A stretch of 64,000 bases of DNA from Macrostomum lignano. Taxonomy: Eukaryota. The notes beneath the pieces were generated by a model. The model searched no databases. It was given only the letters and a program-made list of their open reading frames with translations, and was not told where the DNA came from. Made by a program: the position numbers and the translations under genes. Location: the NCBI GenBank assembly GCA_002269645.1, contig NIVC01000006.1:806001-870000 (forward strand), read 5' to 3'. Shown one piece after another: positions 26,801 to 38,756 of this stretch (its first letter is position 1; every line of letters starts with the position of its first letter).

Positions 26801-29800
26801 CTTTGAGAGCGAGGGGAGGGTATTTGTGGGGCCGAAGCCCCAACCACCACTCACTACCATAGACTATTAATTTGTTTTTCTAATAAATAAGCTTCATAAA
26901 TTCCCGCGCAAGTCAATAGAGTTTTGGCCATAGACATTTAAGTTACACTTTGAGAGCGAAGGGAAGGGGTGTTGGGGCGGAGCGCCGGAGTCCCACTCAC
27001 TGCCATAGACTATTGCAGTTAATATAGTTTTGGCCAGAAACCACCACCACCAGGCTCTAGTCAACATTGAAAATTCCACTATTAATTTTAAAAAATCTAA
27101 AACAAAAGTAAACGGAACTGACTAACGGTAATCGTATGTACTTGGGATGTACTTTGTATTACACATATATTACCGTTTTTGCCAGTAGATATAGATGAGA
27201 CCTGCGAAATCCTTTATACATACTCGTACTGCTATAATGTGAGGATTAATTGCACTTGCCCTTCCGGCAGTTTAGCAGAATAATTTATTGCCCGTTGATC
27301 TGTCGGGGGGGATCTCTGGCTCTCTGCGTGGCACTTCTTGGGATCTTGGGATTTTAAAAAAAGTACTTTTGTTGGTTAAGCGTGTGTTATTGCATAGCCA
27401 GTTGTAGTGTAGGATATGAAGTATGAAGTTTTTGTAGTGTATAATTTACAAGGCTTTTTACCAATTTTCAACCGGTAGACTAACTGCCATTATGAGGCAA
27501 TTGAAGATTCGAAGAGTTCTGCTGACTGTTACTCAAACCTGTCTGCTTCGATCGGATCAGGCAATGGTGAGTCGGTAGTGAGATGATTGAATATTTTGTA
27601 ATTTAATTTACTGAAGTACTTTTTTAGTGTGCTGTATTTGCGGACTGTATTATAAAGCCTGTACTGTAAACTTTATTATACAGATTGTACTGTAGCCTGT
27701 AGTATACGGCTTGTACTGTAGTATACAGTCTGTACTTTAGTATACAGTCTGTATTGTAGCCTGTAGTATACAGCCTGTACTGTAGTATACAGTCTGTACT
27801 GTAGTATACAGCCTGTACTGTAGTATACAGTCTGTACTGTAGTATACAGTCTGTACTGTAGTATACAGTCTGTACTGTAGTGTACAGTCTGTACTGTAGT
27901 GTACAGTCTGTACTGTAGTATACAGTCTGTACTGTAGTATACAGTCTGTACTGTAGCCTGTAGTATACAGTCTGTACTGTAGCCTGTAGTATGCAGTCTG
28001 TACTGTAGCCTGTAGTATACAGTCTGTACTGTAGCCTGTAGTATGCAGTCTGTACTGTAGCCTGTAGTATACAGTCTGTACTGTAGCCTGTAGTATACAG
28101 TCTGTACTGTAGCCTGTAGTATACAGTCTGTACTGTAGTATACAGTCTGTACTGTAGTATACAGTCTGTACTGTAGTATGCAGTCTGTACTGTAGCCTGT
28201 AGTATACAGTCTGTACTGTAGCCTGTAGTATACAGTCTGTACTGTAGCCTGTAGTATACAGTCTGTACTGTAGCCTGTAGTATACAGTCTGTACTGTAGC
28301 CTGTAGTATACAGTCTGTACTGTAGCCTGTAGTATGCAGTCTGTACTGTAGCCTGTAGTATACAGTCTGTACTGTAGCCTGTAGTATACAGTCTGTACTG
28401 TAGCCTGTAGTATACAGTCTGTACTGTAGCCTGTAGTATACAGTCTGTACTGTAGCCTGTAGTATACAGTCTGTACTGTAGCCTGTAGTATACAGTCTGT
28501 ACTGTAGTCTGTAGTATACAGCCTGTACTGCATGTAGTCTGTATTAGACTCGTACAACACTAGCAGTTGTACATTGATGTCACCGCCAATCAATCCAGAC
28601 AGAAGCAGCGGCTCGATCTGCAATATCCGTGTGTCAGTTCGTTTGCCCCGCCTTGGCAGTCTGCCAATCGTCTGTCTGGCAGGTGTCAGACGCCTAGCAT
28701 TGGGGTCGCTTAGCAACAGACAGGACGCTGTCGATCGAATTCGATTATCGATTGACGATTGTGCCAATCAACTGCTGGTGGAGTGCCTGGGTGCTGATGA
28801 AGCTGATTTGGAGATGCTTCAGGTAAGCTTTTGTGAATTATGGTCTGTGTACAGCCTGCTGTATTGTCTGTGTACAGCCTGCTGTAGTGTCTGTGTACAG
28901 CCTGTGTTATTGTCTGTGTACAACCTGTGGTATTGTCTGTACAGCCTGTGTTATGATATGTGTACAGCCTGTATTATAGATCGTGTACAGCCTGTAGTAT
29001 TGTCTGTGTACAGCCTGCTGTAGTGTCTGTGTACAGCCTGCTGTATTGTCTGTGTACAGCCTGCTGTAGTGTCTGTGTACAGCCTGTGTTATTGTCTGTG
29101 TACAGCCTGTGTTATTGTCTGTGTACAGCCTGTGTTATGGTATGTGTACAGCCTGTATTATAGATCGTGTACAGCCTGTTGTAGTTTCTGTGTACAGCCT
29201 GTTGTAGTGTCTGTGTATAGCCTGTATTATGGACCGTGTACATCGTGTGGTATTCTGTGTACAGCCTGTACCAACTGTCCCCAATGGTCAAAGCCCATGG
29301 GGGTGCTTCAGCGCTCTGCAGGTACATTGGGTACTTGCTCATCAGCTGAGATCATTTCTGAATTTGAACCCCGCAGTCCCGCTGCTACGAACTGTCTGGG
29401 CCAACAGCTGTGCCGGCATCACCGTCGCCTGTGATTCAAGGCACAGTCGGCATTGAAGATCCCGCCGAGGCCAGCGGCTGCAGTCTGGCTAGCGCTGTGG
29501 CCACCGGATTTCCGCCCGGCTGGATTCGCCGCTGCCAGCTGACGCTGTGGCGCCACTCTTGCCTGATCCTGGCCGGGCCGCTGCACTGCAGCAAGCGGCA
29601 CGCTGCCCGGCACCTGGCGGAGGCGATGCAGCGACGGGCACAGCTGGACGGCCTGTCAATGCGGCAGCTGAGCCACGACTGCCTGGACTGGGAGGCCTTC
29701 GATGCCTGGCTGGCCGCGGCGGGACTGGGCGACGACTCCGATGCTGATGATGATGCTGATAATGCTAATGATGCTGGCCGTGATTCTGCGGCTACTGATG

Positions 29801-29840
29801 GCGGTGAAGACAGCCCGGCGCTATGGTGAGGGAGGCAGGC

Positions 29841-29873
<33 letters not shown>

Positions 29874-32800
29874 CTAAGACAAAAACAGACAGACACTAAG
29901 ACAAAAACAGACAGACAAACAGACAGGCACAGGCAGACAGACAGACAGACAGACAGGCACAGACAGACAGACAGGCAGACACTAAGACACTAAGATAGAC
30001 AGACAGACACTAAGACAGACAGACAGACACTAAGACAAACAGACAGACACTAAGACAGACAGACAGGCAAGCAGACCATATGAGCAATGGCTTTAACCAA
30101 TTCCAGGCAAATGAACGCATCGCAGCAGCGCAACCAGCCGCAGGTTCTGCTGCTGCAGCTGCACAGACTGGAGTTCGTGCTGGACAGCCCATCGTTGGCC
30201 AGCTTGCTGCACCGCTGTCGGCGCAGTAATCGACAACAATCTAGCCGACGTCTTGGTGGTCGTCAAAAAGGTCGGCATCGTCGGCGGCTGATACTTTTGG
30301 GCAGTCTGGGCGCCAGCGACCTGACCGGGGTGCCGCAGTCTCTGCTGCTGGACGCTGTGCCCGATGCCGGCTGGTGAGGCTTTGTGGGGTATTAACTGTT
30401 AAGTTGTAGTGACAACTCATTTTAAAGGGCATTCTGAAAACTGATGAAATGTGTCAGTAGTCAGGTGTCGATAGGATGTGTCAGTAGCTCAGGTCAGTTG
30501 TCAAAAAGATGTCAGTAAAGTCAGGTGTCGATAAGATGTGTCAGTAGGTCAGGTGTAATCTGCTCACCATTCTCACTCCACAATCTGCTCACCCTAGCTG
30601 GACTCTACTCTCAGTCCTGGAGCAGCCGGTCTCTGGTTTGGCATATCGATGTCTTAAACTTCGATGGCGGCAACTACTTGCTGAGTCTGTCTCAACATCG
30701 ACACGATTCTCCAGCTTCGCTGACTCGATGCCGCCAATTCTGAGTTGGATTGGAAACCTGCCGGAGCAGTGCAACAGATGCTTGATGAAGATGCTCAGTT
30801 CGTTGGACAGGCAGAGAAGTCTGGACCATCCAATCGGACCGTCAATGTTTTTGTCGTGTCCGGTGACTTTGGATTCGGATCTGCTAGAGGAGCAGGTAAT
30901 GTACTGTTACTGTTTTGTATATCTAGTTCATATTATTGCTCGTAGAGTAGGACATGGTCCAATGAACCAACCTACTGAGATATCGGCCCTGAGCCTACTG
31001 AGAAAATCGGCCCTGAGCCTACTGAGAAATCAGCCCTGAACCTACTGAGATATCGGCCCTGAGCCTACTGAGAAAATCGGCCCTGAGCCTACTGAGAAAT
31101 CAGTCCTGAACCTACTGAGAAATCGGCCCTGAACCTACTGAGCTATCGGCCCTGAGCCTACTGAGAAATCAGTCCTGAACCTACTGAGAAATCAGTCCTG
31201 AACCTACTGAGAAATCGGCCCTGAACCTACTGAGCTATCGGCCCTGAACCTACTGAGAAATCGGCTCTGAACCTACTGAGAAATCAGTCCTGAACCTACT
31301 GAGAAATCGGCTCTGAACCTACTGAGAAATCGCCCTGAACCTACTGAGAAATCAGTCCTGAACCTACTGAGAAATCGGCTCTGAACCTACTGAGAAATCG
31401 GCTCTAAACCTACTGAGAAATCGCCCTGAACCTACTGAGAAATCAGTCCTGAGCCTACTGAGAAATCGACCCTGAACCTACTGAGAAATCAGTCCTGAAA
31501 CTACTGAGAAATCAGTCCTGAACCTACTGAGAAATCAGTCCTGAAACTACTGAGAAATCGCCCTGAACCTACTGAGAAATCAGTCCTGAACCTACTGAGA
31601 AATCGCCCTGAACCTACTGAGAAATCAGTCCTGAACCTACTGAGAAATCGACCCTGAACCTACTGAGAAATCGACACTGAACCTACTGAGAAATAAGTCC
31701 TGAAACTACTGAGAAATCAGCCCTGAACCTACTGAGAAATCAGCACTGAACCTACTGCAAAACTAAGCTGTACATATTGAGTAATCGCAACTCAACCTTG
31801 CAATCAACAATCTATCAATGCCAATCACCGCAGATACCAGTCTGGCTGGCTAATCTCTGGAATAGCCGTCTGGTGAACATAGTTGCCAGGAGTCTGGGCC
31901 CGCCATCAGCCTCAGCAGACAATGCGCAGCCCTGCCTACTTGCTAAATTCATTCGCTGCGCGATTGCGTCACAATGTCCACTGAGACCAGGGCTGGTGGA
32001 AGCATTTCTTTCTGGCTTGATCGGCTACCAGCCTGAGCCGCTGCAACACTTGCAACCGGATACAGAACAATTGCAACTGGATCAGCCACAATTGCAACCG
32101 GATCAGCCACAATTGCAACTGGATCAGCCACAATTGCAACCGGACCAAGAGAAACTGCAATCGGATCCAGAGAAACTGCAATTGGATCCAGAGAAACTGC
32201 AATCGGAGCAAGAGAAACTGCAATTGGATCCAGAGAAACTGCAATCGGAGCAAGAGAAACTGCAACCGGATCCAGAGAAACTGCAATTGGATCCAGAGAA
32301 ACTGCTATTGGATCCAGAGAAACTGCAACCGGATCCAGAGAAACTGCAATTGGATCAAGAGAAACTGCAATCGGATCAAGAGAAACTGCAATCGGATCAA
32401 GAGAAACTGCAATCGGATCAAGAGAAACTGCAATCGGATCAAGAGAAACTGCAATCGGATCCAGAGAAACTGCAATCGGATCAAGAGAAATTGCAATCGG
32501 GTCAAGAGAAATTGCAATCGGATCCAGAGAAACTGCAATCAGATCAAGAGGAACTGCAATCAGATCAAGAGGAACTGCCATCGGATCAAGAGAAACTGCA
32601 ACCGGAACAGCAGAAACTGCAATCGGAAGAGCAGTCACTGCAATCGGAAGAGCAGTCATTGCAATCGGAACAGCAGTCACTGCAACCGGAACAGCAGAAA
32701 CTGCAACCTGAACAGCAGAAACTGCAACCGGAACAGCAGAAACTGCAACCGGAACAGCAGTCACTGCAACCGGAACAGCAGAAACTGCAACCGGAACAGC

Positions 32801-34745
32801 AGTCACTGCAACCGGAACAGCAGAAACTGCAACCGGAACAGCAGAAACTGCAACCGGAACAGCAGTCACTGCAATCGGAACAGCAGTCACTGCAAGCAGA
32901 CTCAACACCGAGCGCATCAGACGCTGACCAGCTTGGCCAAATCGGACTCAGCCGCACCAGCAGGAAGCGGCCGAAGCTGCCGCAGCCGCTGCAGTTGTTC
33001 GCCGAATCCAATTCTGACTCGGCTATCGCAGTGGCGGCGGCGTCTCCGCTGTCAAAGCGCAGCTTGTCGGCCAGCGCGCCCGGGTCGTCGCTGCCGCTGG
33101 TCACGGAGGTCAGCGAAGGCCTGGAGTCGCTGCGCCAGCTGTCGCAGCAGCTGCTGGGCGAACCGCCGCCCGACCCCGGGCGCGGTGCCGCCGCAAGCTT
33201 CGCCGGTGGCGGCACTCAGGTCAGCGCCAAGATTTGTTGAGTATAGCGCCACCTCAGTTAGCACTCCAGCACTTCTGTTTAATCCAGTTTATTGAATCAC
33301 CTCATTAATCTACTGACAAATGCTTCTGAATTTCTGGAACTTCCTACTGATCCTTCTAATACGCTATCACAAATCCTTTCTTAGAAATCACGCCGGGGTC
33401 TTCTGAGAAATCGCCTCGTTGACTTTCTGAGAAATCGCCTCATTAACTTTCTAAGAAATCACCTCAGCGACTCCTTAGAAATCGCCTCGGGGACTTCCTG
33501 AGAAATCGCATCGAAGGGCCACCTGAGAAATCGCCTCTAGGCCTCCTGATCAAATGTTTTAGAATAATGTGTTGCGGGGGTGTGCCCCTCTGACGATGAC
33601 TATGATCGTTGATGTTTCTGTTGAATCAAATAAGTCGGAGGTTCGATTTGTTTCTCTCGATCTCTAACCTTCAACAAGATGTTATTACTAATCAATGTTA
33701 GTAGCAATTCCTAATAGGATATTGATCACGCAATTACGCAAATTTGTTAAGCAATTCAGTGAAAATGGAGCCACAGGCTACTTATCGATATTGTTGCACG
33801 AATTGACGTTTGTCCGGATTTATCTCTGTTAAATCGGGATATTAGAGTTCAGGCCCGATTGTTGGGGCAAGCTAGCGGAGCAGTTGAGGAGGCAAAGAGG
33901 CGGAGAGCCGAGAACCGGGAAAAAACTGGAGAGAGGCTTCATTCTCACTGAACGCTAGTATATATATGATTTCTATAACGCATTTCATTGGTGTTCGCTT
34001 CACGCAATAGGATCTTTACTGGCGCACAAGCATGTGCTGTACTTTCCTGATAGAAAAACCTTCTGAAGTTCGCATTAGACTAAAAAATAACATTGGGCAT
34101 AACATGCTTAAATTAAGATCACTTCACTGAGAAATCGCCTCGGGGACTTCCTGAGAAATCGCATCGAAGGGCCACCTGAGAAATCGCCTCTAGGCCACCT
34201 GAGAAATCGCCTCTAGGCCTCCTGAGAAATCGCCTCTAGGCCACCTGAGAAATCGCCTCTAGGCCTCCTGAGAAATCGCCTCTAGGCCACCTGAGAAATC
34301 GCCTCTAGGCCTCCTGAGAAATCGCCTCGGGGACTTCCTGAGAAATCGCATCGAAGGGCCACCTGAGAAATCGCCTCTAGGCCTCCTGAGAAATCGCCTC
34401 GGGGGACCTTAGAAATCGCATGAATCGCTAAAAAGGCATTTTCAAGTCACGAATTCATTACGGAATCATTAATATTCTTTCCAGACTCTGTTCCGGCGTA
34501 GAAGGAATCTGGCCGCTTCATCTTCGCTGTCGGAGACGACGAACTCGTCAGCTTTGTCCCTGCTGCCGCCTTCCACCGGGTTCTCGCTGTCCTCATTGAC
34601 TAGCTCGGCTTCTTCTGGCTCGCTGCTCAACGCCGCGGTTGTCAACCGGCGAAGGCAGTTATTCGGCGGCGGCGGCGGCGGCGGCTCCTCTTCTTCAGCT
34701 TCGTCAACGTCGTTACGTCGACATCGGCATCAGAGCTACAATTAG
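20811..34745 (+). CDS. CTTNBP2: Cortactin-binding protein 2-like: CortBP2 coiled coil + degenerate NAV-type AAA domain, 9 exons, ~1394 aa
   Basis: Proposed exons 20811-21482, 23323-23811, 27479-27566, 28548-28822, 29377-29825, 30107-30373, 30598-30895, 31834-33219, 34485-34745 (sum 4185 nt, phases agree). N-terminal [43 protein letters not shown]|LEFER matches CTTNBP2/CTTNBP2NL; C-terminal [29 protein letters not shown] match the NAV/CTTNBP2 AAA-like region. Start codon and the 23811-27479 junction are inferred. Confidence 0.8.
21555..23245. repeat. 27/31-bp minisatellite with higher-order blocks (intronic)
   Basis: ATGAAGGGATGAGATGCAGGCTACAAT units; a multi-unit block near 22.2-22.5 kb recurs near 22.5-22.85 kb. 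Confidence 0.95.
23925..25275. repeat. 24-bp minisatellite
   Basis: AAATGTGTCAGTAAATTGGGGCTG units. Confidence 0.95.
27690..28530. repeat. 19/26-bp self-complementary minisatellite (intronic)
   Basis: TACAGTCTGTACTGTAGCCTGTAGTA units. Confidence 0.95.
28843..29275. repeat. ~24-bp minisatellite (intronic)
   Basis: TGTGTACAGCCTG..TAGTGTC units. Confidence 0.9.
29835..30070. repeat. (GACA)n compound microsatellite (intronic)
   Basis: AGAC runs with ACTAAGAC interruptions. Confidence 0.95.
30970..31760. repeat. 22-24-bp minisatellite (intronic)
   Basis: CCTACTGAGAAATCAGTCCTGAA units. Confidence 0.95.
32044..32898 (+). repeat. 21-bp coding minisatellite (~41 heptads [14 protein letters not shown]) within CTTNBP2-like exon 8
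   Basis: CTGCAATCGGATCAAGAGAAA units, in frame, no stops. Confidence 0.92.
33385..34420. repeat. CTGAGAAATCGCCTC minisatellite split by a ~580-bp unrelated segment (33549-34126)
   Basis: Same 23-bp units on both sides of the segment. Confidence 0.85.
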
Positions 34746-34957
34746 CATGCTAGGACTGGACTTCTGTGTGTGTGTAGCCTTTTTTGTCTGTGTGTTTACT
34801 ACTTATAGTAGTTTTATTATTTTAATTAGATACTTAAAATCCCAACAATTTGCCAAGGCATCATTAACTGAGAATTCTGAAAGTGAGACGCTATTTTCAA
34901 ACAAATGACATTACTTCCGATTGAAAGTGAGCCAGTCGTGGAACAGGAGTCAAAGAA

Positions 34958-35205
34958 TCCCCACAGGAAATAGATAGTCCCCATAGAAAATAGATAATCC
35001 CCATAGGAAATAGATAATCCCCATAGGAAATAGATAATCCCCATAGGAAATAGATAATCCCCATAGAAAATAGATAATCCCCATAGGAAATAGATAATCC
35101 CCATAGGAAATAGATAATCCCCATAGGAAATAGATAATCCCCATAGAAAATAGATAATCCCCACAGGAAATAGATAATCCCCACAGGAATTAGATAATCC
35201 CCACA
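34958..35205. repeat. 21-bp minisatellite
   Basis: AAATAGATAATCCCCATAGGA units. Confidence 0.95.
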
Positions 35206-35719
35206 AATCTCTAAGTTAATTAAGATAACTCAAGTCAGGTGACATGACAATGAAAACGAGTGAGTCAGAATCAGAAGGGATGTCTCAAAATGTGCTACTG
35301 CTAAGCTACCGTGTGTGCTTTATTTATTTACTATCCACATATTTTAGATAAATTCAAAATCAAGGCGTGCTTTTTCTGTATTTTTTATTCTTCCAGCTCA
35401 CAAAATACCATAATTTTTCTTTCGCTCTACTTGCTCTACTAGGTGTAAGTAGCATATAATATAGCTTTTATCTAGATATCATTTTTTTATTTCACCGCAG
35501 TTTACAGGGCATACTATGAAGGCGCCAAGTTTTCTTAATCGCTTTAATTACATATAGAAAATGTTCTGCTTGCAATTCGGTTTAGAATATACATATCTTA
35601 TTGCCTGATTGGCCATGTTAATACCTTTTGTTATACTTGATTGTTGCCTTGGTATATTTTTTAAATTTTGGTAGTTATTAATTGAATGTAAGTTCAACAT
35701 AATCCGCCCTGTCCTTCCT

Positions 35720-36700
35720 AAAAATCGCTCCTGTATAAAAAAACGCCCTCTCCTTCATAAGAATTCTCCTCTCCTTCATAAGAATTCTCCTCTCCTTCAT
35801 TAGAATTGTCCTCTCCTTCATTAGAATTGTCCTCTCCTTCATTAGGATTGTCCTCTCCTTCATTAGAATTGTCCTCTCCTTCATAAAAATCGTCCTCTCC
35901 ATAAGAATATTTATCTCCTTCATAAGAATCGTCCTCTCGTTCATAAGAATCGTCCTCTCCTTCATAAGAATCACCCTCTCCTTCATAATAATCGTTCTTT
36001 ATTCATAAGAATTACCCTCTCCTTCATAAGAATCGTTCTTTATTCATAAGAATTACCCTCTCCTTCATAAGAATCGTTCTTTATTCATAAGAATTACCCT
36101 CTCCTTCATAAGAATCGTTCTTTATTCATAAGAATCACCCTCTCCTTCATAAGAATCGTTCTTTATTCATAAGAATCACCCTCTCCTTCATAAGAATCGT
36201 TCTTTATTCATAAGAATTACCCTCTCCTTCATAAAAATCGCTCTTTCACAAGTATCGCTTCTTCTTCATAAGAAACGCCCTCTCCTTCAAAGGATCGCTC
36301 CTTCTTCATTAGAATCGCTCCTTCTTCATTAGAATCGCTCCTTCTTCATTAGAATCGCTCCTTCTTCATAAGAATCGCTCCTACTTCATTAGAATCGCTC
36401 CTTCTTCATAAGAATCGCTCCTTCTTCATTAGAATCGCCCTCTCCTTCATTAGAATCGATCCTTCTTCATAAGAATCGCCCTCTCCTTCATAAGAATCTC
36501 TCCTTCTTCATAAGAACCGCCCTCTCCTTCATAGAAATCTCCCTCTCCTTCATAGAAATCGCTTCTTCTTCATAAGAATCGCCCTCTCCTTCATAGAAAT
36601 CTCTCCTTCTTCATAAGAACCGCCCTCTCCTTCATAGAAATCGCTCCTTCTTCATAAGAATCGCTCCTTCATTAGAATCAGCACTCTTTCATAAAAATCC
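35720..36700. repeat. ~21/40-bp minisatellite
   Basis: ATAAGAATCGCCCTCTCCTTC and variants. Confidence 0.95.
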
Positions 36701-36856
36701 CCCTGTCCGTCATGAGAATCGCCTTGTTCTCCCTACGAAATCGCTCTCACGGTGCAGCTAACCTTCGCCCTATGCCAGCGCACAAGGTCCTGAATTGCCG
36801 GTGCGAACTCAAAGAAGACACAGCCAGCAATAGAAAGCAGCCCAGCTGTCAAAGCA

Positions 36857-37570
36857 ATGTCGGCCTACAACAGAGGCGGAATGGCTGTGCCCGGCAACTC
36901 GGAGGACGACCTGTCGTCAGCTGGCCAGTCCGCGGCCCCAAGCCCGGCAGTGAGGGAGAGCATGGTGCTGCAGTACCTCATCCAGCCAGTCATCGCCAGC
37001 CTGGAGCCGATGTCCGCCTCTCATGCCACCACACTGCGACAGGCGTTCAACAGAGTGGAGCAGCACAACCCCGGCTTCTGCTGCGCATTCGTTGAGAACC
37101 TGCTGAGGCGCGGCGATCTGGACGTGAATAACGACATTAACTTTCACGAGACTCTGCTCAGGCTGGCCTATGAAGAGGAGCGACAGGCCCCCGCCGCTGG
37201 CCCTTATAATCCTGCCGCCAACCCGCACCTGCTGCAGCTGGAGAAGCGGGCCAAGATGCTCAAAGAGATTCTCAGCGGCATACCTCAGCTCATTGGAGAC
37301 CGGAAACGGTTCCTGGAAGCCATCAAAGACATCGCCAACGCCATCAAGGAGATGCTGGACACGGTCAGTTTGGTCACCGCGTCAATCGGCAACGCCCAGC
37401 GCAAGCAGTCGCTCGACCAGCAGAAGAAAGATTTCATTAAATACTCGAAAACTTTCTCCAATAAATTGAAAACATTTTTCAAAGACAATTCCAAAACTGA
37501 TGTGTACATCAGCGCCAATCAGCTGATCTACCAGACCAACCTCATTCTCAAGGCTGTTCGAGACTACTGA
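36857..37570 (+). CDS. PDCD10: Programmed cell death protein 10 / CCM3, intronless CDS, 237 aa
   Basis: INFHETLLRLA, RAKMLKEILSGIP..IGDRKRFLEAIKDIANAIKEMLDTV, DQQKKDFIKYSKTFS..LKTFFKD..VYISANQLIYQTNLIL align along the whole human CCM3 sequence; AATAAA at ~37670. Confidence 0.96.
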   Translation: MSAYNRGGMAVPGNSEDDLSSAGQSAAPSPAVRESMVLQYLIQPVIASLEPMSASHATTLRQAFNRVEQHNPGFCCAFVENLLRRGDLDVNNDINFHETLLRLAYEEERQAPAAGPYNPAANPHLLQLEKRAKMLKEILSGIPQLIGDRKRFLEAIKDIANAIKEMLDTVSLVTASIGNAQRKQSLDQQKKDFIKYSKTFSNKLKTFFKDNSKTDVYISANQLIYQTNLILKAVRDY

Positions 37571-38111
37571 TAATCGATTTATTGAACTTCACTGCTGCAC
37601 AGAGGCTCCAAAATCGTAAAAAAATTTTTGTTTTTCTAGAAATCAGCAAACTTCAAAATATTTGGTTAATAAATAAACAAAATGCAAAATGCTGTTTCGT
37701 ATTTTCATTTTTATGTTACGTTTTATCCAGTCTAATGTTTAATCATGTTTTCTAAGCGCTCCCCATTTGTTAATTAAATACGGATATTTTTAAACAAAAA
37801 TTGCAACAAATGCTCACGTGCCGGCTGCCCGCCTCATTCACACTACTTATAGTAAGTAGAACGCGTATCGGTAAAGATCAAAATGGTTGATAATTTGTTT
37901 TGTAAAACGTGTGCTTCAATCAGAATTAATAAACCAGGTATTTAAATATTTTGAGGATCTGAAATCGGCCTTATTTATTATTTCTGTTGTATAAATATTT
38001 ATTATATATTATTCAATGCTTAACTTTATAGCAAAGCTTATTGTCTTGTTTATCAATAATATTTTAGCCACTAGGTATGTTGATTAGCACTATATATTTG
38101 ATGCTATACTT

Positions 38112-38720
38112 CTTCAGGCTAGATTAGCAATCCATTAGATTCCTTATTAACTCGGACTAGATTAGCAATCCATTAGATCCCTTATTAGCTCGGACTAGAT
38201 TAGCAATCCATTAGATTCCTAATTATCTCAGGCTAGATTAGCAACCCATTAGATTCCTTATTAACTCGGACTAGATTAGCAATCCATTAGATTCCTAATT
38301 ATCTCAGGCTAGATTAGCAACCCATTAGATTCCTAATTATCTCAGGCTAGATTAGCAATCCATTAGATCCCTTATTAACTCGGACTAGATTAGCAATCCA
38401 TTAGATCCCTTATTAACTCGGGCTAGATTAGCAATCCATTAGATTCCCTATTAACTCGGACTAGATTAGCAATCCATTAGATTCTTTATTATCTCAGGCT
38501 AGATTAGCAATCCATTAGATTCATTATTATCTCAGGCTAGATTAGCAATCCATTAGATTCCTTATTATCTCAAGCTAGATTAGCAATCCATTAGATTCCT
38601 TAATATCTCAGGCTAGATTAGCAATCCATTAGATTCCTTATTATCTCAAACCAGATTAGCAATCCATTAGATTCCTTATCCTTATTAACTCGAGCTAGAT
38701 TAGCAATCCATTAGATTCCG
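38112..38720. repeat. 38-bp minisatellite upstream of the ARMH3 ATG
   Basis: AGATTAGCAATCCATTAGATTCCTTATTATCTCAGGCT units. Confidence 0.95.
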
Positions 38721-38756
38721 TATTCATCACTGGTTTATAACTGCACTTCAGGCGCA

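Noticed and set aside
31949-32917. 322-aa antisense ORF (AVSLDPI repeats)
   Set aside because: Shadow of the coding heptad array on the + strand.
35244-35350. Short ORF MTMKTSESESEGMS resembling the human CCM3 N-terminus
   Set aside because: Similarity is too short, and the 36857 ORF already supplies a complete N-terminus.
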